DNA of 59,806 nucleotides, the filler included, from Fonticula-like sp. SCN 57-25 (lineage: Eukaryota), in NCBI GenBank assembly GCA_001724245.1. It is 11 parts of 11 records of this genome, joined end to end, with 100 filler letters (N's around TTAATTAATTAA, not from the genome) between each part and the next. Parts side by side here need not be neighbours in the genome. Positions count along the whole stretch, not along the records: positions 22,444 to 27,662 come from MEDX01000609.1; positions 27,763 to 32,957 come from MEDX01000610.1; 9 more parts are not named here. One strand, written 5' to 3'. This document shows positions 22,474-33,057 of this stretch, in pieces. The notes under the pieces are model-generated. The model made no database searches, was not told the DNA's origin, and worked only from the letters and a program-made list of their open reading frames with translations. Every line of letters starts with the position of its first letter. Positions within the stretch are counted from its first letter, which is position 1. The position numbers and the translations under genes were made by a program.

Positions 22474-23550
22474 GTTACATTTAGATGGCTTAGCCGGAAA
22501 CTAGGGACATCGGCCAAGGAAGCGCGGCAGCATTTGGCCTCTTTCTTGGCGAGCAAATCGGGTAGCTCGGACGACAAGGTAGTTGCGTGTTTTACGTTGT
22601 CGGGCAAGCCCCGCGATAATCAAGGGGGCCAGACAATTTTGCTGGTTCCGCAGCCTGAAGTTGACTCTGCGAAAGCATTGTTTGATGGCGAGCCTTCCGT
22701 CGAGATCTACAGTGTGCAGCTCGCCGTTCCCTCGGACACGTCGGTCCTCTGGGCATCGGGTCGTGAAGGGTCCTTTGACGTGTCGACGGTCGCTAACCGT
22801 TTCTCCCATGTATCATTTGGCGACATTCAAACTGTTGAGCCTCCAAAGCGCGCCAATTCCGTCGCTGCCGCGCCCGCGCCGCCCGCCCCTGCTCCGGCGC
22901 CCAAGCCCGCCGCGCCCGGCCCGTCGCCGCTCGCTTCAAAGCCTGCGGCCACCATGGGCAAGGCCACCGGCAAGAAGCAGGCGACAAACTCATTAGCGGC
23001 CGCTTTTAAAAACGCAAAGCCGGCGCCGCCCAAGCCGGTGGAGGAGGCCAAGCCGGCGGCGGTGGAGGAGGACGTCGTCATTGAATCAGAAGAGGAGGAA
23101 GAGGAAGACGATTTTGTCGGCGCGCGCCGCCGTCACGGCCGCGTGCGCGCTGAGACGCCAGAGCCCGAAGACAACCTTGACGCAGGGGATATGGTGGACG
23201 TCGGCAGCGAGGAGCCCGCCGGCGCGGCTGCAGAGCCCGCTGCCCCGGCCGGTGACATTGAGAGCGCCGTACGGAAGCGCGCCGCGCCCGCCGACGAGCC
23301 CGCGATGCCGCCGCCGGCACCCGGGATGACGCGCAGGCTGGTAACCAAGAAGAAAAAGTTTGTCGACGAGCGTGGCCGTACAGTCACCGAGACGGTGCGC
23401 GAGTGGGAGGAAGTGCCCATCGAGGAGGCGGGAGCCACAGCGGCCGCAGCGGCAGAGGAAAAGGCGCCCAAGGAGGCAGCAGAACCGGCGGCGGCACCTG
23501 CGGCGGCCAAGACCCAAAAGACGCTTATGAGCTTTTTTAGTAGGAAATGA
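22474..23550 (+). CDS. POLD3: DNA polymerase delta subunit 3 (p66/Cdc27/Pol32), 5' partial
   Basis: Exon opens after an AG with VTFRWLSRKLG...ARQHLASF; C-terminal KKKFVDERGRTVTE and terminal PIP box QKTLMSFF. Confidence 0.88.
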   Translation, partial: VTFRWLSRKLGTSAKEARQHLASFLASKSGSSDDKVVACFTLSGKPRDNQGGQTILLVPQPEVDSAKALFDGEPSVEIYSVQLAVPSDTSVLWASGREGSFDVSTVANRFSHVSFGDIQTVEPPKRANSVAAAPAPPAPAPAPKPAAPGPSPLASKPAATMGKATGKKQATNSLAAAFKNAKPAPPKPVEEAKPAAVEEDVVIESEEEEEEDDFVGARRRHGRVRAETPEPEDNLDAGDMVDVGSEEPAGAAAEPAAPAGDIESAVRKRAAPADEPAMPPPAPGMTRRLVTKKKKFVDERGRTVTETVREWEEVPIEEAGATAAAAAEEKAPKEAAEPAAAPAAAKTQKTLMSFFSRK

Positions 23551-23934
23551 GCTTTTTTACTCTTGGTTTGATTTTAAATATACGTATAATTATGTGAACT
23601 CCTATGTCACCCTCCGGCCCGCTGCGTCGAGTCGTAGCGTAGACAGATGAATGAACACCGTCGAGTGAACCCATCAAGCGTTCATGCAGTATCTTTGAAG
23701 TGCAGATTACGACAAGCATGGTGAAACTGCCAATTGTCAAGGCTCTGTACCACCCCATAATTTTTTCTCCGATGGTCCCGCTAAAAGAGCGGATCATTCT
23801 TCAAAATAGAACCCGTTCGCGCGTCTTGATTGGACAGTACGACTTGCACCGACCAATCAAAGGTACCGTTCACTTGGAATTTTGGTACGATTGGAAGGGT
23901 TCCAAGGGTCGCTGCCTGGTCGCTGAGGTGAGCG

Positions 23935-26900
23935 ATGGGGGACGCGGACGGCTCGACAAGTACGTCTTGAGGGAGGGTTGTGGCAATTTAGGAGCGCGGT
24001 GCTCTATCTATGTATATTGTCGTGTCTATCCCCCTTTTTTGCCGGCCCACCATTAACTCTATTATTTGCGTAGCCTGCTTCAAGTGCGGGTTGCCGATCC
24101 TCGATGACTCAGCGGAGCTCAATGGTAATCCGCACCATTTGACCTGCCTCGTGTGTGAGGAGTGCGGCATCAAGCTCCTTACAGAGATTTTCGAGCAGGA
24201 TGGCGTTCTTTACTGCCAGCGCGACTACATGAAAAAGTTTGGAAAGCGGTGTGAAGGTTGCGGCGAAAACATTGTCGGCGCGATGCTCGACGCGGGGGGC
24301 ATGTTTTACCACCCCGACTGCTTCAAGTGCGCTCGCTGCAAGCGTGTTTTTGAGAGCGGTGACTCGTTTAGCATTGACAAGGGGTGCGTTCTTTTTAATG
24401 TTTGAATGTTTACTGAAGAGCTGGTCGCTGCAGCGAGACGATTTGCAACGGCTGCGTTGGGCTCATGTGCGGCTGCTGCAACGGCGCCATCACCACCGGA
24501 CAGTACTTTACCTTGGGAACGGACGACGGCCCGCAAAGTTTCCACGACTACTGCCATGTGTGCAGCAGCTGCCGCAATCCGCTCAGCGAAGCGTCCATCA
24601 TGTGGCACGAGGGTTTGCTGTACTGTGTGGAGGACTTTAGGCGCCTCTTCCCCAACATTGACGTGCGCATCCTCCAAGGAACCAGCGCGTCGGCCGCTAC
24701 CAGCGCCGAGGAAGCTCGTACGCTCTTTTCAAGTGAAAGCTGAATGAGCTAACCCTCTATGCTTTTAGCCACGGCCGCAGACAACCTTGTCCACTTTGGC
24801 GCCATCGACGATGCCTCAAAGTGCGTTGCCGGTGCCCAATTCTTTTGCCTCATGTGTCTGACGTGCTTTTCTTGTAGAAATGCGCTTTGGCTCTTCAAGG
24901 AAAAGGCCATTTCGGCGAGCGAGGCCGAAATTGTTCTCCGCGCGAATGGTGCCGTTGGCTCTTTTTTCGTGTACCAGACGGCGAGCGACCGCTCCCGCTC
25001 CTTTGCGCTGCTCTTCCGCATGGGCGAGGAGGACATTCGGCATTTCCGCATTGTAGAGGACAATGGCGAGTTCCGCCTCAACAACCGCAAGGAGCTTTTC
25101 CCGAGCGTGCTGGACCTCATCGCCCACTTTAGACAGACACCGCTTGTCGAGGACCGCTGCCTCGGCGAGCCCATCGAGTTTAGAATCCTCAAGGAGTACT
25201 TGTCCAAGCAGAGCATTCCCGAGACTGTTCCGGATGAGTCCCTGGACGACTACATTGACCAGACGGGCCAGATTGCTGCCCTTGACGTGATTATCGACGC
25301 TGCCACGCGGCTCGAGGAGGCGTACTCGGCCGACGAGACTAAGCAGGCATTCCTGGGCGTCCTGCGGCAGACGCTGTCGAGCGCGCGCGCCAGCAAGGAG
25401 TTGCTCTCGAGCCTCGTCCAGCTCACCGCGAGCGGCGCTTCGCTGCAGGAAATGGACGGCAAGAGCAAGTTCCAAAACCAGCAGTTTTTCAAGAGCGCGC
25501 TCATGGCGCTCGAGGCCGAGCTCATCAAGCAGCAGCAGGAGATGCGCGCCCTCGAAGCAGAAGTTGACCTCTTGGAGCCGATCTTGCCGACGGAGCAGGG
25601 TACGTTTTTGGCGCTCTCTTTCGGTGCATCTTGGCGGCGTCTGACCTTTTTTTTGTCTTGTAGAAATCGAGGCTGCGGTGGAAATGATGCCGATGGTGGA
25701 AGACGAGCAGCTCGAGATTCAGCTTGGCCTGACTCACTTTGGCCGCTCGATCAAGGGCTTTATCAAGGAGTTCTGGGAGTCGCGCGCCAAGGTTAACAGC
25801 AAGGGCGTGACGTCGGAGGAAGAGTTGGCCGAGCTTGCCAAGGCGGTGCTTCCGTTTGTTGACAACATTCCGCTCCTGATTAAGGAGAACAAGGACGTGC
25901 GCAAGCGCATCAAGCTGCAGGGCTGCTCGCTTCAGACGTTCCAATTCCTGCTCCAGACGGCGTATGTGTTCCCGCACATCGCTGCGCTGTTCCAGCGCTA
26001 CGCCAAGACGGACCAGGACTACTTGACGGTGACCGAGTTCCGTTCGTTCCTGAACCAGCAGCAGGGCGTGCGCAACCCGGAGGCCACGCTGCGCCTCTAC
26101 TATGCAATGTCGGGCGGCTCGATGATCCTGAGCAGCCGCCGCGAGGCGTTTGAAGTCTTTGGCGAGCACCTTTCGGTGACCCGCGAGGGCACGCTGCTCA
26201 TCTTTGGCTTCACGTCGTTTGTGCTGAGCCAGCAGAATGACATTTTCAACATGAAGCACGCGCAGGTGTACCAGAACATGACGCTCCCGCTGTCCAACTA
26301 CTTTATCGCCTCGTCGCACAATACATACCTCGAGGGCGACCAGCTAAAGTCCAACTCGTCATGCGACGCTTACCGCCGCGTGCTGCAGTCCGGCTGTCGC
26401 TGTATCGAGCTTGATCTTTGGGACGGACCCAAGAACGACCCGATTATTTACCACGGCTACACGCTTACCTCCAAGATCCGCGCGCGCGACGTGCTCGACA
26501 CGATTGCAAAGCATGCGTTTGATGCGTCGCCGTACCCGCTCATTCTTTCCTTTGAGAATCACTTGTCGCTCGCGCAGCAGCAAACGATGGTGCAGCACAT
26601 TCGCGAGGCCTTTGCGCCCGGCGTCGTTCCCAACGCGGAGAACAGCAAGTTTTGGGATGCTGACCCGCACTCGCTGCCGTCGCCCGAGGAGCTCAAGGGC
26701 AAGATCCTCATCAAGAACAAGGCGCACCCGTCGCGCGGCTACCTCGCGACCAACAAGGCCAACAAGCAGCACGCGCGCATCGCGCAGGAGATGAGCGACC
26801 TTGTCGTGTACACCAAGTCGGCGCGCTTCCCGACGCTGCGCGAAGCGCTTGGCTCAAAGTGCTACGAGATGATGTCGCTCGCCGAGAAGAAGGCGATGAA

Positions 26901-27662
26901 GGCGTGGCGCCAGAGCTCGAACGTGTTTATGCAGCTTAACGGAGCGCGCCTCCTGCGCACGTACCCCGACGGCATGCGCTTTGACTCGTCCAACTATGAC
27001 CCGCAGCCGCTCTGGAACATGGGCACGTCAATGGCGGCGCTCAACTACCAAAAGCCCGACCGCGCGATGCAGCTCTCGATCGGCCGCTTCCTCCAGAACG
27101 GCAACTGCGGCTACACGCTCAAGCCGCCGGTGCTCCAGGAGCTTGCGACGCAGGGCGTTGCCGCGACGCCTGTGACCTTTTTCAAGCTGACGACCAAGAT
27201 CCTCGCCGGCTACAACCTGCACCACCCGCGCAACAAGCGCCGCCTCAACCCGCTCGTTGAGGTTGAGGTTGTGGGCGTGGAGGAGCTCTCGCAAGTTTCC
27301 GCGCCGGCCAAGTTGGACCGCGGCAACTACGTGTGGGACGAGACCTTTTCATTCAACGTGTTTGTCCCCGAGGTCGCGCTGCTGCGCATCACGGTCATGG
27401 ACGACAAGTTTGGCTCGAAAGACATCGTCGGCCAGTTTACCTTGCCCCTCGAGAGCCTGCAGCAGGGCTACCGCCCCGTGCGCCTCGTGTACCCCAAGCC
27501 GTTTGAGTACATGTCGCACCCGCACACGTCGTACATCCTGCTGCACGTCAACATTTCGGGCGTCAGCAAGCGCGTGCTCCCCGAGGCCGGCGACGTCGAC
27601 ACGGCCGACTCGACCATTGCCGTCATCACGTCCAAGAACCAAAAGGAGGACGTGCGCACCGC
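23935..27662 (+). CDS. 3xLIM - SH2-like - helical - EF-hand-like - PI-PLC X/Y - C2 fusion phospholipase C (3' partial)
   Basis: Five short GT-AG introns join the ORFs in frame. Three LIM double zinc fingers; SH2-like W...EAEIVL...GSFFVY...RHFRI...FPSVLDLIAHF; PLC-X IASSHNTYLEGDQL...GCRCIELDLWDG...YHGYTLTS; PLC-Y RTYPDGMRFDSSNYDP...ALNYQ...NGNCGY; C2 domain. Confidence 0.88.
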
Positions 27663-27774
27663 NNNNNNNNNNNNNNNNNNNNNNNNNNNNNNNNNNNNNN
27701 NNNNNNTTAATTAATTAANNNNNNNNNNNNNNNNNNNNNNNNNNNNNNNNNNNNNNNNNNNNCGCCAGTCCCTC

Positions 27775-29213
27775 TCACTTTGCCTTCTTTGCCATCTCAC
27801 TAAGCGCCTTTGGATTCGAAAACCAGTCGGCCCCGCCCTCATCTTCATCATCATCATCCTCAAGCGGCCGCTTTGCAGTCTTGGCATTCACTTGAGGGGC
27901 AGCCGATGCAGCACTTGCAGCACTCGCAGCCGGCAGCGCATTCACTTGAGGGGCAGCTGCAATTTGACCTACTTGAGGGGCAGCGCCCATTTGACTTTGC
28001 GCCTGCTGCTGCTGCCACCATACGACGTACTGGGCGTACCACTGCGCGTACGCCTGCGGATCCGTGACACCCGCGGCCTTTGCAAACTGCGCGGTCGTGT
28101 CCGGGTACTGCTCGGCGTCGAGCGTGACCATAGAGTCGACCACGTTACGCGTGAGGCTGTCGGGGTTGTCAAAGTCCTTGCGCGCCAAAAACTGCTTGAG
28201 GAACTCGGCCGTCATCTCATCGCTCGATTCCTGGATCGATTTCGGGTTCGGGTCTTCGACGGCCCAGCGAATGTTGATGATCTCGTTGTTGTCGAGGGAT
28301 TGCAGGTTGAGGGCTTCCTTGGCGAACTCGGCGCAGCAGCGGCGCTCGTAGCGCACAAAGCCGACCGCCTTGTTGATCAGGATGCGGACTGAGGGAAGCG
28401 AAAAGTGTCAGTGGAAAGTGCAAACTGCAAACTGAAAGAAGCGTACTGTGCTCGACGCGGCCAAACTGGCCAAAGTGCTTTGTCAAGACTTGCTGTGGGC
28501 CAACGGGTTTAGCAAAGTGGCTCTCACATGCACAACAACAATATAACAGCAACAAAACAAAGATTTTGTCCTTCTTTTCCCAATCAAACAACACTTTTCT
28601 CCACTTTTCCCTCACTTTTCCCCATTTTCCCACTCTTTCCTGCATCGCACCTCTGGGTTGCCGCGGACGCTGATGCCGCCGACGTAGAGCGTGCGATTGT
28701 CGCGCTCAAAGTTGCCGACGCCGCCCATGTCCTGCCGGTCCAGCCTAAACTTGTCTCGCCCAAAGCAGTCGCGCAGCATGTCCTCGCGGAACGTGAGCGG
28801 CGGGGCCTTGTGGAGGAAGCCGCAATCGGCGCCCTTCATGCAGCACCCGCTAATCATGCGACAGTTAGACCATGTTTGCAGTTTGCAAGAGACACGGCGT
28901 ACCGCGCAAAGTCGAGGCAAATAAACGCGTTTTCGTGGAAAGACCCCTTTGTAAAGCCAGAATCCTTTTTCAAGTCCAATTTGGTCGTCGCCTTTTCCCG
29001 GCGGTTCTTTGGCACGCGGTCGCCGCCCGTGTGGCGGTTGTACCAGATGTTGTACCCGGTCGCGCCCGGCGGAGGCTCGTCCGAGCGGTTATGCGGAGTG
29101 TAGGAGGTCACCTGCTTGCGCGCAGGGCGCTCCGCCTTGGTCGTCTCGGCCTTGGGCGCGGCATCCGCAGCAGCAGGCACATCGGCCGCCGCAGGATCCT
29201 CCGCCGATGACAT
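27775..29213 (-). CDS. CWC2: Pre-mRNA splicing factor Cwc2 (CCCH zinc finger + RRM)
   Basis: RPARKQV...YNIWYNRHTGGD...FICLDFAR-GCCMKGADCGFLH...DCFGRDKF...DMGGVGNF...NRTLYVGGI...AEFAKEAL...INIRWAVEDPNP. Confidence 0.92.
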
Positions 29214-29359
29214 TGTGTCTACTCAACAAATGACCACGTGGATACCTGAGAATGGATGGTTCAATCGTAGAGTAGCCAAGAGTACAAACAAATCAGAGAA
29301 ATCAGACAAATCAGAAGCAATCAGCAGTGCGCGTGGAGCCATCGACGAGCAGCGCAAAA

Positions 29360-29796
29360 ATGTCGGACGGCATGTCGAGCTTGTGCGTAGCGGCGCGGAA
29401 AGGGGGACATTTTGTTTTTGGTTCGTTTTTTAATAAAGGTTTCGTTCCGCAGGGGCCATGAGGAGAGGCAAATCATTGAGAACTTCCGCCAAGAGATGGC
29501 GGTCGCCAATGCGCAGGAGCTCCTGTCGGTACGTCCGAGCGCGACTAGCCTTCCTTTGTTGCTCATTCTCGGCACTATTAGCGCATCAACAACCGCTGCT
29601 TTGCCAAGTGCATTCCGAAGCCCGGGAGTAAGCTCGACTCTTCGGAATCCGTGCGTTTTTGCTCTTCTTTCCCTTCATTTTGGCTAACCTCTGCTCGCAG
29701 GGCTGCCTCAACAAGTGCATGGAGCGGTACATGGAGGTATGGAACACGGTCGCTCGCGTATACGCCGGCCGCGTTCAGCGCGAGAGCGGCCGCTAA
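29360..29796 (+). CDS. TIMM13: Mitochondrial small Tim chaperone Tim13 (4 exons)
   Basis: Spliced product ...RQEMAVANAQELLS-RINNRCFAKCIPKPGSKLDSSES-GCLNKCMERYMEVWNTVARVY; twin CX3C motif. Confidence 0.92.
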
Positions 29797-30012
29797 TTAA
29801 ATTTTATCTCTCTTTAAAATTCCAATTTCCTTTTCCTCCTTGTCATAATAAACCTCATATCTACATCAGATGCAGGGATATCGCATGGCGGTCGCGTTCA
29901 GCATTCACTATACAAAAGTGGCAGAAACGTCACATATCATTTGAATATATATTAAATATACGCAAAACGTACACGCTCATTTAAAATTTTTTGTGAAAGG
30001 CCCTTTTTCGAT

Positions 30013-30562
30013 CTATGCGTTGACGCGCTTCTCGACGACATGGGCATCTGCGGGCGAAATGTTCTTGTAATAGTCCTTGATTGTCTCGGTGATGGCAAAC
30101 CCGTTGCGCTCATAAAACGAGCGCGCCTCCTCGTTGTCCGCCTGCACGTGCAGGAACACCGCCGTGACATTCCTGTCGACGGCGCAAGCATCGAGCACGT
30201 GCTGCAGGAGCGCATTCCCGACGCCCAACCGCCGGTACGGCGCGAGCACGCCGAGGGTCATAATGTAAACCTTCACCTCCTTCTGGTTGCCCGTCGGCTC
30301 CTTGCGGAAGCACACGGCACCGACGGCGCAGTCATTGTAGTACGCTATCGGGCGGCATCGGGATCAGCGATCGGGAAAAGTGGGCGGGAACGGGAAAGAG
30401 CGTACCGATCTTTGAGAGATGCGCAGGTGGCGAGCCCTCAACGAGCTTGGTGTAGAAAGAGGGGTTGTAGCTGACCGGGAAGAGGACGGAGTTGAGGCGC
30501 TTCACCTGGCCAATGTTGTTTGGCGTGACATCGCCCAGCTGCACGAGCGTACGGCTCCCCAT
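30013..30562 (-). CDS. NAA50: N-alpha-acetyltransferase 50 (NatE catalytic subunit), 2 exons
   Basis: LGDVTPNNIGQVKRLNSVLFPVSYNPSFY...VGAVC...YIMTLGVLAPYRRLGVG...FLHVQ..NEEA..FY. Confidence 0.93.
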
Positions 30563-30869
30563 CGTGCGCGCCAATCAGAAAGATCAGGCGAAATCAGAAG
30601 AAATCAGAAGAAATCAGCGAACACAGAAAGGAAACCTTTTGCGCTGCGTGGCCGGAATGGAGTGAAGAAAACGAGCAAGATGCGCCGAGTTTAACCACAT
30701 GGAGAGATAAAGATGAACGAGCTTGGGACTGTCGAGTGAGGCGGTCGTGCCTCTCTCTAGTTGCCGCAGCGGCACAGTCAACCCGTGATCTGCTCACGCT
30801 GAATCCCAGGGCGCTCTCTCGTGCTCGGGCCGGGAGAGGCTTCGCGTCCCGGATCTGCAGCGGAGGCAG

Positions 30870-31130
30870 CGGCCCTGCGCTGCGAAGGTGCCAGGCAGCG
30901 TAGACGGCGGCCAGCCGCAGCAACCTACGTTGCATCACGCAGTCGCCCAGCTCGCGCTCGTGCGCACACGGCAGTCCCAGCGCCATGCGCGTGTGGGCTG
31001 TGCACTCGGCCATTGGGATGCGCGTACGGACCTCCTCCTCAATCTTCGCCACCTGCTGGCGAATGACAAACTGCGCCTTGAGGGAGACAACTTGGTGCAG
31101 TTCTGTACGATTTGAAGCCAATAATACATA
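30870..31130 (-). pseudogene. Decayed MULE/Mutator-type transposase fragment (SWIM-like)
   Basis: ...LHQVVSLKAQFVIRQQ...ECTAHTRMALGLPCAHE matches the C-x-GLPCxH SWIM finger of fungal-type MULE transposases; no intact DDE ORF. Boundaries approximate. Confidence 0.5.
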
Positions 31131-31249
31131 GTTACATTGTGCTAACGCGTACGTAGGCAAAGACTGGGTTGTTCCGCGTTGCGAGCAGGATGCCCTGCAG
31201 TTCCTCTTCGGTTTTCATGCGAATCTCCCGCACGAAACGGCATCGTGTC

Positions 31250-31860
31250 GAATACACGGCGTCGCTTGCAAGCACGTTTTTGTTGATGTGCCAGCGGCAT
31301 ATCACGCATGGCAGGCTTCAGCGCAGCACGTCGGTCGGACTTTTTCCACTTGCAGGTGAAAAAGATCCGCTCGATGCTGTCAGATGACGCTGGGATGGAG
31401 AAGACTCGCACCGCCAACGCGGCGAGCAAGCCAATCTTGTGACTCTCAAAGAGCATACGCGGCACCCACGGAAGGCCCGGCGTAATGTCCGCTTTCACCA
31501 TCACATCGCGGAAGGCGAGCGCGTCGTGGTCGGCGAACCGAAGCAGCTCTCCTATAAACCTGTCTGCCTGGTTTTTGACATGTGCAGAGGCAACCTTTGG
31601 TGTACGTTTAAAAACAAGTGTGTTTTTGCCGGCTTTACTAAGTCTTTTGTTATGATTAGTGCTCCACGTCGGCGAGTGCTGCAAACGCGAGCAGTTCAAA
31701 GTCCCAGAGACGACCGTTGCAACGCGCTTGGAAAAGGGCGAAAAGCTCGCGTGCGATTGCGTCGGCCTTTGCCGCATCTTTGCTGCTCAGCTGGTTACCC
31801 GCAGTGCAGTAATATGCCACAATATTGGTCTGTATTGCATCGATAAATTCCCCGATCAAT
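31250..31860 (-). pseudogene. Decayed hAT transposase C-terminal (dimerisation domain) fragment
   Basis: LLAALAVRVFSIPASSDSIERIFFTCKWKKSDRRAALKP fits the hAT dimerisation motif (LAxxxLSIPASSxxxERxFS...RxxL); upstream frames are broken. Confidence 0.7.
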
Positions 31861-31927
31861 AAAAATCAGACAAAATCAGACAAAATCAGACAAAATCAGA
31901 CAAAATCAGAAGGAATCAGATAGAATC
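31861..31927. repeat. Tandem repeat (AAAATCAGAC)n, six AATCAG units
   Basis: Directly visible 10-nt period. Confidence 0.9.
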
Positions 31928-32333
31928 GACGTAATTAGAACTCGGCCCATCTATTGATCGGTCCAGATTACAGCGTGTTAACTAGAGTATCCATAGTTAA
32001 CATTCCTCAAAATGCCTTAGCAACCGCGACATGAAACTTTTATCCCATTTCCGACCATATATTACCTTTCGCAACGCCCCAACCATGCACGCGCCGCGCA
32101 CAAACATGAGACGCCGCCGTCCGCCGCTTCCCCCCCTTCCCACTGCTATCACGTTGGCACCCAATCGTGTTTGGCTCCCATTGGCTCGATGCAACCTGAC
32201 CGACCAATCAGATCGCGCCAATCGCGCCCCCAACCCCCATTCCCCACTTTGAATTCGCGTAATCCGAGCGGGATGGAGCGGCCCGACCGCGCATAACGCT
32301 TTGTCCTTGCTGCTGCGTGGCGGCACGATTGGC

Positions 32334-32957
32334 ATGGCGCCCAACTCAATGTCCGCGGAGGGCCAGGCTCGCCCTGCGTCGCTCTCGCGCAACCAGTCCA
32401 AGACGGACATCAAGTACTTTCCCGGCAAGGGATTCCGCGAGGTCGTGCTCAATCCCAATGACAAGGGCCCCGGCCTCAACTGGCTGCACATTAACTTTTT
32501 GATCGTGCTGCCCATCATCGCGCTCTTTGGCGTGTTCACCACGCCGCTGCAGGGCAAGACGCTCCTCCTCGCCGTCGTCACGTACTTTCTCGCCGGCTTT
32601 GGCATCACGGGCGGTACGTGCTTGGCATTCCTCTCCTGCTTTTGCTGACACGCGGCATTGCCCAGGCTACCATCGCATGTTTTCGCACAAGGGCTGGGAT
32701 GCCGTCCCCGCCGTCCGCTTTGTCATGCTCCTGATCGGCGCGATGGCCATGCAGGGCTCTGCCCGCTGGTGGTGCCGCAACCACCGCGCGCACCACAAGT
32801 TCACCGACACGAGCAGGGATCCCTACAATGTCCGCAAGGGATTCATGTACGCGCACTTTGGCTGGATGATGTACAAGCAGGATCCCAAGGAGGTCGGCCG
32901 CGCCGACATTTCTGACCTCGATGCCGACTGGATGATCCGCTTCCAGCACAAGTACTA
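32334..32957 (+). CDS. Acyl-CoA delta-9 desaturase (OLE1/SCD-like), 3' partial
   Basis: GFGITGG-YHRMFSH (His box 1), QGSARWWCRNHRAHHKFTDTSRDPY (His box 2), GFMYAHFGW; one short intron. Confidence 0.92.
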
Positions 32958-33057
32958 NNNNNNNNNNNNNNNNNNNNNNNNNNNNNNNNNNNNNNNNNNN
33001 NTTAATTAATTAANNNNNNNNNNNNNNNNNNNNNNNNNNNNNNNNNNNNNNNNNNNN

